From the human T2T-CHM13v2.0 reference genome, Homo sapiens, in NCBI RefSeq assembly GCF_009914755.1, contig NC_060947.1: 64,000 nt of DNA. One strand, written 5' to 3'. Below are positions 56,259 to 64,000 of this stretch, in pieces; position 1 is the first letter of the stretch, and every line of letters starts with the position of its first letter. The position numbers and the translations under genes were made by a program. The notes beneath the pieces are model-generated. The model was not told where the DNA came from. It saw only the letters and a program-made list of their open reading frames with translations, and ran no database searches.

Positions 56259-56462
56259 CCAAAACAATTACATCATTATGTTCGACTAGCCTGAAAGATC
56301 TCCTCATAATCTAATGTCATCTAAATTATGAAATTGATTGGGAATTTGAATCTGAATTTTGGAATATACACAAGGCACTTGAGTTCCTAAAAACAGGAAA
56401 TGTATTCTGATTATCCTAATAATAAAATGCCCCTGAGAAGTAGCAGGCATTTAATATTTTGA

Positions 56463-56812
<350 letters not shown>

Positions 56813-57099
56813 AGAAACTCTGATTTTTAATAAAAGGCAAGAGGATTGTGTGCAGAATTTGAAAATATATCTTCTTGATCAAAACGTGAAATCTTGCATA
56901 GATATGAGAGTTCCGATGAATAAGAATTTGGGGAATTCACACATAAAAAATGCATTCTTGTCCTGGGCACACCGGAAAACCACACACAATTTAGACCCAC
57001 CACCCCTGGCCCCAAACCTGCAGTCAGGACCAAGTTGTCAGGACCTAATTAATGCCAATGGAGTTTGGCTACAAGACCTTCCTCATTAAAAATAAATCA

Positions 57100-57199
57100 C
57101 TTTTGATATGCTAATTACCCTAATTTGGTCACTGTGCATTATATGTATTGAATCATCACTATGTACCCCATGAATGTGTGCTGTTGTTATTTGTCAATT
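57100..57199 (+). mobile_element. L1MA 3' terminal fragment
   Basis: GATATGCTAATTACCCT...ATCACTATGTACCCCATGAAT. Confidence 0.65.
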
Positions 57200-57483
57200 T
57201 TTTGTTCGTTTTTTAGACAGGGTCTTGCTCTGTTGCCAGGCTGGAGTGTAGTAGCACGATCTCAGCTCACTGCAACCTCCGCCTCCTGCGTTCAAGTGAT
57301 TCTCCTGAGTAGCTGGGATTACAGGCACCTGCCACCACACCCGGCTAATTTTTATATTTTTAGTAGAGACGGGGTTTCACCACGTTGGCCAGGCTGGTCT
57401 TGAACTCCTGACCTCAGGTGATCCACCCACCTCAGCCTCCCAAAGTGCTAGGATTATACAGGCATGAGCCACCATGCCTGGCC
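57200..57483 (-). mobile_element. AluS
   Basis: Antisense Alu with a short internal deletion at CTCCTG|AGTAGC. Confidence 0.92.
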
Positions 57484-58107
57484 TTATTTTTAAATTAAAA
57501 TTAAATATATATATTATAATATGTATACATAATGAGATATATACACATATATCTGTGTGTGTGTGTGTGTGTATCCTGAATCTGCCCCCCAAAAAATGAA
57601 AACAAAACAAAAAAATAACCAAGTCTCTCCCAACCAGTGGCATCCTAAGGGTGTATCCTAAGGGTGCAGCCCTCTGTTCCACAAATAGGTAAGAAGCAGA
57701 TCCATATCTATAGGGAATTTTAACATAATATTAAAACAAACCCAAGTGGGCTTGTTTGTAGTTATCACCACGCATCGGTCATTCTTCACAACTTTATTTA
57801 CAAAGTACAAAGCTGATATTATTGCAAAATGATACAGCTGCTTTTGCGTTTTAATAATAATATTGTATATGAGAGCATCAAGATATTTGTTGTCTTTCGA
57901 TGAGCCTTGCGTTCCACAGGAAGATTCAGGGAACTGTCACAGTCAACCGGCAACACAGACAGGCTCAAAGACACGTGCTCTTTTTGAGAATAGATTTGCA
58001 CGAGTGCAGAATCTTCATTTTAGGTCTCTATTCCCCATGCTTGTAAATACTCTCGGGTTTGAAGTGTGGACTGGAAAGCAACACTGATAAAGGTAATGAA
58101 AAAATAA

Positions 58108-58423
<316 letters not shown>

Positions 58424-58917
58424 AAGTTAATCTTTGAACCATGTAGAGTTCACTTATTTGCAAGCATTTCTGCATGTGGCTTTTCCCTTTTCTCAAAAAA
58501 TTGACATAATTAGAATGTATTAATCCATTACTTTTCCCTTTATACAGTAATATTAATTTTATTGTAGAGATTTATGAGGCACAATATGATGTTTTGATAT
58601 TTGCTCACATTGCAGGATGATTAAATCGAGCTACTTATTTATCACCTGACATATTTTTGTATCGGTAGTGAGAATATTTTAAAATTTGTTATTCTCTTAT
58701 CCATTTTCAAGTATACCATGCTATTAACCGTAGTCACCACGTTGTACAGTAGATCTACTGAACGTATTCCTCCTGTGTCGCTGAGATTTTGCATCCCCTG
58801 ACCAACATCTTCCCTAATTCCCTACCTCACTCCCCAGCTCATGGGAACCACCATTCTACTCTCTACTTCTAGGACTTCCTTCTTTAGATCCCACATAGAA
58901 CTGAGATCGTGTGATGA

Positions 58918-59400
<483 letters not shown>

Positions 59401-59977
59401 TGATGGCATTTGGGTTGATTCCATATCTTGGCTATTATGAATAACATTGTAATAAACATGGGAGTGCAGATATCTCTTAACCACACTAATTTCAATTCCT
59501 TTGGCTATATATTTATCAGTGGGATTGATGGGCCATAGGGTACTTCTATTTTTAATTTTTTGAGAGAACTCCATACTGTTTTCCATAATAGCTATACTAA
59601 TTTACGTTCTCACCAACAGTGTGCAAGGGTCCCCTCTTTTCTGCATCCCCACCAATACTTATATTTTATCTTCTTGAAAGTAGCCATTCTGACAGGTATA
59701 AGGTTACCACCTTATATCACTTATCTCACCTTATATCACTTATCTCACTTTATATCACCTTATCTCACTGTGGTTTTCATTTGCATTTCTGATGATTAGT
59801 GATGTGGAGCATTTTTTCATGTATCTGTTGGCCATTTGTGTGTCTGTTTTTGAGAGACACCTATTCAGGTCCTTGGCTCATTTTTAAATTGGATTATTTG
59901 TTTTCCTGCTGTTGAGCTTTTGAGTTTCTTATGTATTTTTGATATTCACTTCTTATCAGATGTATGGTTTGCAAATA

Positions 59978-60288
59978 TTTTCTTTCTTCTTTCCCTTTCT
60001 CTCTCTTTCTTTCTTTCTTTCTTTCCTTCTTTCCTTTCTTCTTTTCTTTCCTTCCTTCCTTTCTTCCTTTCTTTCCTTCTTTCTTTCTCTCTTCCTTTCT
60101 TTTCTTTCTTCTTTCTTTCTTTCCTTCTTTCCTTTCTTCTTTTCTTTCCTTCCTTCCTTTCTTCTTTTCTTTCCTTCCTTCCTTTCTTTCTTCCTTTCTT
60201 TCCTTCTTTCTTTCTTTCTTCTTTCTTTCCTTCTTTCCTTTCTTCTTTTCTTTCCTTCCTTCCTTTCTTTCTTCCTTTCTTTCCTTCT

Positions 60289-60344
<56 letters not shown>

Positions 60345-60363
60345 TTTCTTCTCTTTTTTCTTT
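59978..60363. repeat. Pure polypyrimidine (CTTT/CCTT)n tract, the expanded tail of the adjacent Alu
   Basis: 386 nt with only C and T on the + strand. Confidence 0.95.
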
Positions 60364-60647
60364 GAGACAGGGTTTTCCTCAGGTGCCAAGGCTACAGTGC
60401 AGTTCTGTGATCACGGCTCCCTGCAGCCTCTACCTCCTGGGCTCAAGCAATCCTCCCACCTCAGCCTCCCATAACTGGGACCACAGGCATGCACCACCAT
60501 GCCTGCCTAAAGTTTTTTTTATTTTTTGTAGAGACAAGAGTCTCCCTATGTCACCAAGACTGATTTTGAACTCCTGGGCTCATGTGATCCTCCTGCCTCA
60601 GCTTCCCAAAGTTCTGGGATGACAAGCGTGAGCCACCATGCCCAGCC
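60364..60647 (-). mobile_element. AluJ body
   Basis: Antisense Alu; TSD AAATATTTTCTTT (59973) / AAATATTATCTTT (60648). Confidence 0.92.
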
Positions 60648-61061
60648 AAATATTATCTTTCAATCCACAGGTTGTCTATGTCTATTCACTGTGTTAATTG
60701 TTTCAGTGGCTGTGCAGAACTGTTTTAGTTTGATGCAATCCTATATGTCTATTTTTGCTTTTGTTACCTGTGTTATTTTATTTTTATTATTTTTACTGAC
60801 ATGACCATACCTACCAGTCCCATAAATGACAATCTTCACTATGTTTCTTTCCTGTCCTTATTATTCTTCCTCTAATTCTATAACAATTGTTGAAAATTCT
60901 TTTGTTTTATAAAGAAAGGGGTATTATAATATAATTGACTCCCGGTGTCAGATATAGTAGATATACCACTGATCTTGTCCCTTCTCTGCCAACAATGAGA
61001 GGCTTAAATGGTGGTGTCCCCAAATGGAATAAGTTACTTTCCTGATTTATTGCTTGAAAGA

Positions 61062-61214
61062 TGTACTGGTTATCCCTTGTTCTGTAACACATCACCCCAA
61101 AATTTAGCAGCTTCAAAGAACAGACATTTATTATATCATGCAATTTCCAAAGATCAGGATTCTTGGAGAGGCTTAGCTGGATGTTTCTGGGGCAGGTGTC
61201 TCATGAAGTTGCAG
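61062..61214 (-). mobile_element. MLT1F/G-like LTR fragment
   Basis: GTAACACATCACCCCAAAATTTAGCAGCTT...GGCTTAGCTGG...TCTCATGAAGTTGCAG. Confidence 0.65.
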
Positions 61215-62599
61215 GGAAACCCTCTATTGATGGCCCCAAAGTATTCCCAAGAGACCCACCCAATGAAGAATATGCCACTGGACTTCCTGGGAGCAAAACA
61301 TAGGTTTTTTTGTACTAATTTGCTGAGATTTGGAGATTATTTTTTGAATACTCAATATGGGTTTTTCTGCACCAAATATTTTTCAGAAACTTTTAAGAGA
61401 AGTTTTCAATATGAAAAATGAGAGTTTCAGGAAAGAAAATTTCCCTATTATTTATGCCTTCCCTGGATTTGAGCTTCCTGGATCTATTCCCTGCAATGAT
61501 TCCACATAGAGAGCTATGGAAATATGTTCGCAATCCTCATGTTTATAGTTAATTTCCCACAAAAGTTAAAAGAACTTTCATGACTGCAAAACTAATGCAA
61601 GATTCTATGAAAAGTTTACTTCCTTTTAAAACACTGCACGATTACAGATACTGTTATTTCAGCTCTCTTTTTCCTTCCCTTTAAATCCACAGAAGTACAA
61701 AAGAAGGTGGTTTTTTGAGTCGAAATCTCACTTTCCATGTTGAACAGTGCAATCTAGTAGATGCTACAATAACCAAGTAAATTTGGGATTGATTTAAACC
61801 ATATAGTGGTTACGCTTCTTTGATATAGATATAGACTAAAACTTTCAGAGCGCATTTGCTAAGGTTTGCCTGGAAGAAAAAAAAATGGCAAATTTTTGCA
61901 TGAAAATGGACAAATGTTTCCCCAAGCAGTTTTACTTGTCTTGTATAAGTTATATTTTATTTTCAAATTGTCATCATATGCCGTCTTTAATTTTGCCTAT
62001 TATGACCTCCCTCTGAGTGGGATGCAGAGGATCCTAGGCGAATGAGATGGAATGTGATTAATTCCCAGGCTCCTGAGAATCGGGGGAAGAATGCCAGCAG
62101 TGCAGTCAGGGGCCACTCTGGGTTCTCAGCTCCCTGTCTCGGTCCTGCTCCTAAGCTCTGCCAAAGCCCTCCCAGGTCATTGCAACCCTCTCCTCCTCCG
62201 GCAGGGGATGCAGAGGGAATCCCCACCAGGTATCACTTCCGCAAGGTCAAGGGTGAATAGACTTGAGGGTGAATACACTCTCAAGCCATGAATGGACTCT
62301 AAACTTTGAGGTGGTGGGTAGCAGGGCTTGATCTGGTCGAAAGTGGACGGATTTGCAAGGGTTCACTGAGGTCTCTGACTCAAAATGACCAAGAACCGCT
62401 TGCTGTTCACGTCCAACCTGGATGTGCCTGAGTTGGACTTCTGCTTCTTCACTGCGCGCGTGTAGAACTGAAGCGGGTCTTTGCTGCATCTTCTCCAGAA
62501 CCCTGGATTTTACAGACAGCACTGAGGTCCCTTCATAAACTCTGTCTTCATCCCATTGTAGAGCTCACTGGCATGCCATTCTGCTAACTCTTTTCTTCT

Positions 62600-62827
62600 G
62601 TTTTGGAAAATATAACTTTTTATTTCAAAATGTGAATTGTATAAAATGCATAAGGGATTTTGTGATGTTGAAGTGAATTAATAAATGTATGTATAATGTC
62701 TCAGTTTTTCTGTCTAATATAATAAATATTGACAAGTGTAAGCTCCATCAGTAAAACCTCTTTGAGGTCCTTGCTAATTTTTTAGAGTGCAAAGAGTGCT
62801 TGAGACCAAAAGAGCTTGAGAACCAGG
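62600..62827. mobile_element. hAT-Charlie (Charlie1-like) terminal fragment
   Basis: CTCTTTGAGGTCCT..TAATTTTT.AGAGTG.AAAG...TGAGACCAAAA...TTGAGAACC resembles the Charlie terminus. Confidence 0.55.
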
Positions 62828-62902
62828 GTTTGAAGACGTGCAAGGAAAGCTAGGAAAAGGCTATTCCAAGGATGGTACAAAGCACAGGGGGAAGGTTTTC
62901 TG

Positions 62903-64000
62903 GATATATTATGTAATATGTATAATATTATACAATGTTATATAATGTATAATAAAATATATTTTATGTTTTATATAATTTATATGTAGTATATAAATAT
63001 ATTATGCACAATATTTATTTTATATATAACATAAATATATGCTATATATGTTATATGAAAATATTATATATAATTATATAAAATAATAGATATAATATAT
63101 AATCATAAAATATATAAATATATTATGAGTACTATTATATATTATATACTATATATGATTATTATATAGTATATATTATATATTTTTATATTATATATAA
63201 TATATTATTAATATACAACATACAAAATATAATTTATGAAAAAAATATAAAATATAAATATATTAATAATATATCATCTTATATAATACATAACATATAA
63301 TATTGCCTTGGGTAACCATATAATATATTACATATATTATGTATAATGTATATTATATATTATGTATTATATATTATATATTATGTATAATATATATTAT
63401 ATATTATGTATTCTATATAATATGTTATGTCCAATTATATATAATATATTATGTATAATTATATATAACATATTATTATATATAATATAGAATATATATT
63501 ACTATGTGCAATAATATATAATATATTATTATTTTATATAATATACTATTGTATATAATATATATTATTATGTACAATAATATATAATATATTATGTACA
63601 ATAATATATAATATATTATGTACAATAATATATAATATATTATTGTTATATAAAATATATTATTGTATATAATATAATCTATTACATATATTATGCAAAA
63701 ATATATTTTATATATTACATATATTATGCATGCATAACATTATATTACATATATTATGCATAATAACAATATATATAATATATGCATAATAATATATTAT
63801 GAATATATTTTATATATTGCATATATTATGATATATTATGCATAATAATATATTTTTTATATATATACACTATATTATTATATAATATATAATATATAAT
63901 ACATTATATATGTAATGTATATAATACATTATATAATACATATTATATATGTAATGTATATATACATAATGTATAATATACATTTATATGTAATATGTAT
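62903..64000. repeat. (TA)n/AT-rich tract running off the window end
   Basis: About 1.1 kb almost entirely A/T; tandem ATATTATGTACAATAATATATA-like units at ~63560-63640. Confidence 0.95.

Noticed and set aside
59920-60622. F/L/S-rich and K/E/R-rich ORFs
   Set aside because: Translation of the pyrimidine tract and the antisense Alu.

Overview
Primate (human-like) non-coding genomic DNA with no recognisable protein-coding gene. The window is a mosaic of Alu (J, S, Y), L1 (L1PA/PB/M) fragments, many ERV/MaLR LTRs (THE1, MLT1, MST, MLT2, MER34/39, MER57, MER41, MER4, LTR8, and an LTR7-type HERV-H 5' end), DNA-transposon fossils (MER20 x2, MER2, MER5, MER81, MER85, Charlie-like) and long low-complexity tracts. 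The long ORFs in the track come from simple repeats, Alu or L1. The mix of abundant MaLR LTRs, MER20 and long (TCTA)n, (TG)n and (TA)n tracts is reminiscent of distal Xp22.3, but that placement is unverified inference. All repeat subfamily names come from recalled consensus sequences and need RepeatMasker/Dfam confirmation. I found no convincing new biological system. The best leads are: (1) a ~1.3 kb 34-bp satellite-like array with higher-order structure, split by an old L1 and lying next to a small CpG-rich island; (2) an MLT2A2 LTR with DUX4-type motifs and a perfect splice donor, plus a candidate downstream terminal exon; (3) a truncated HERV-H with a His/Phe-intermediate primer-binding site and a deleted splice donor; (4) a MER85 with a remodelled perfect palindrome; (5) apparent shared non-consensus variants among dispersed MaLR LTRs and between two MER20 copies.
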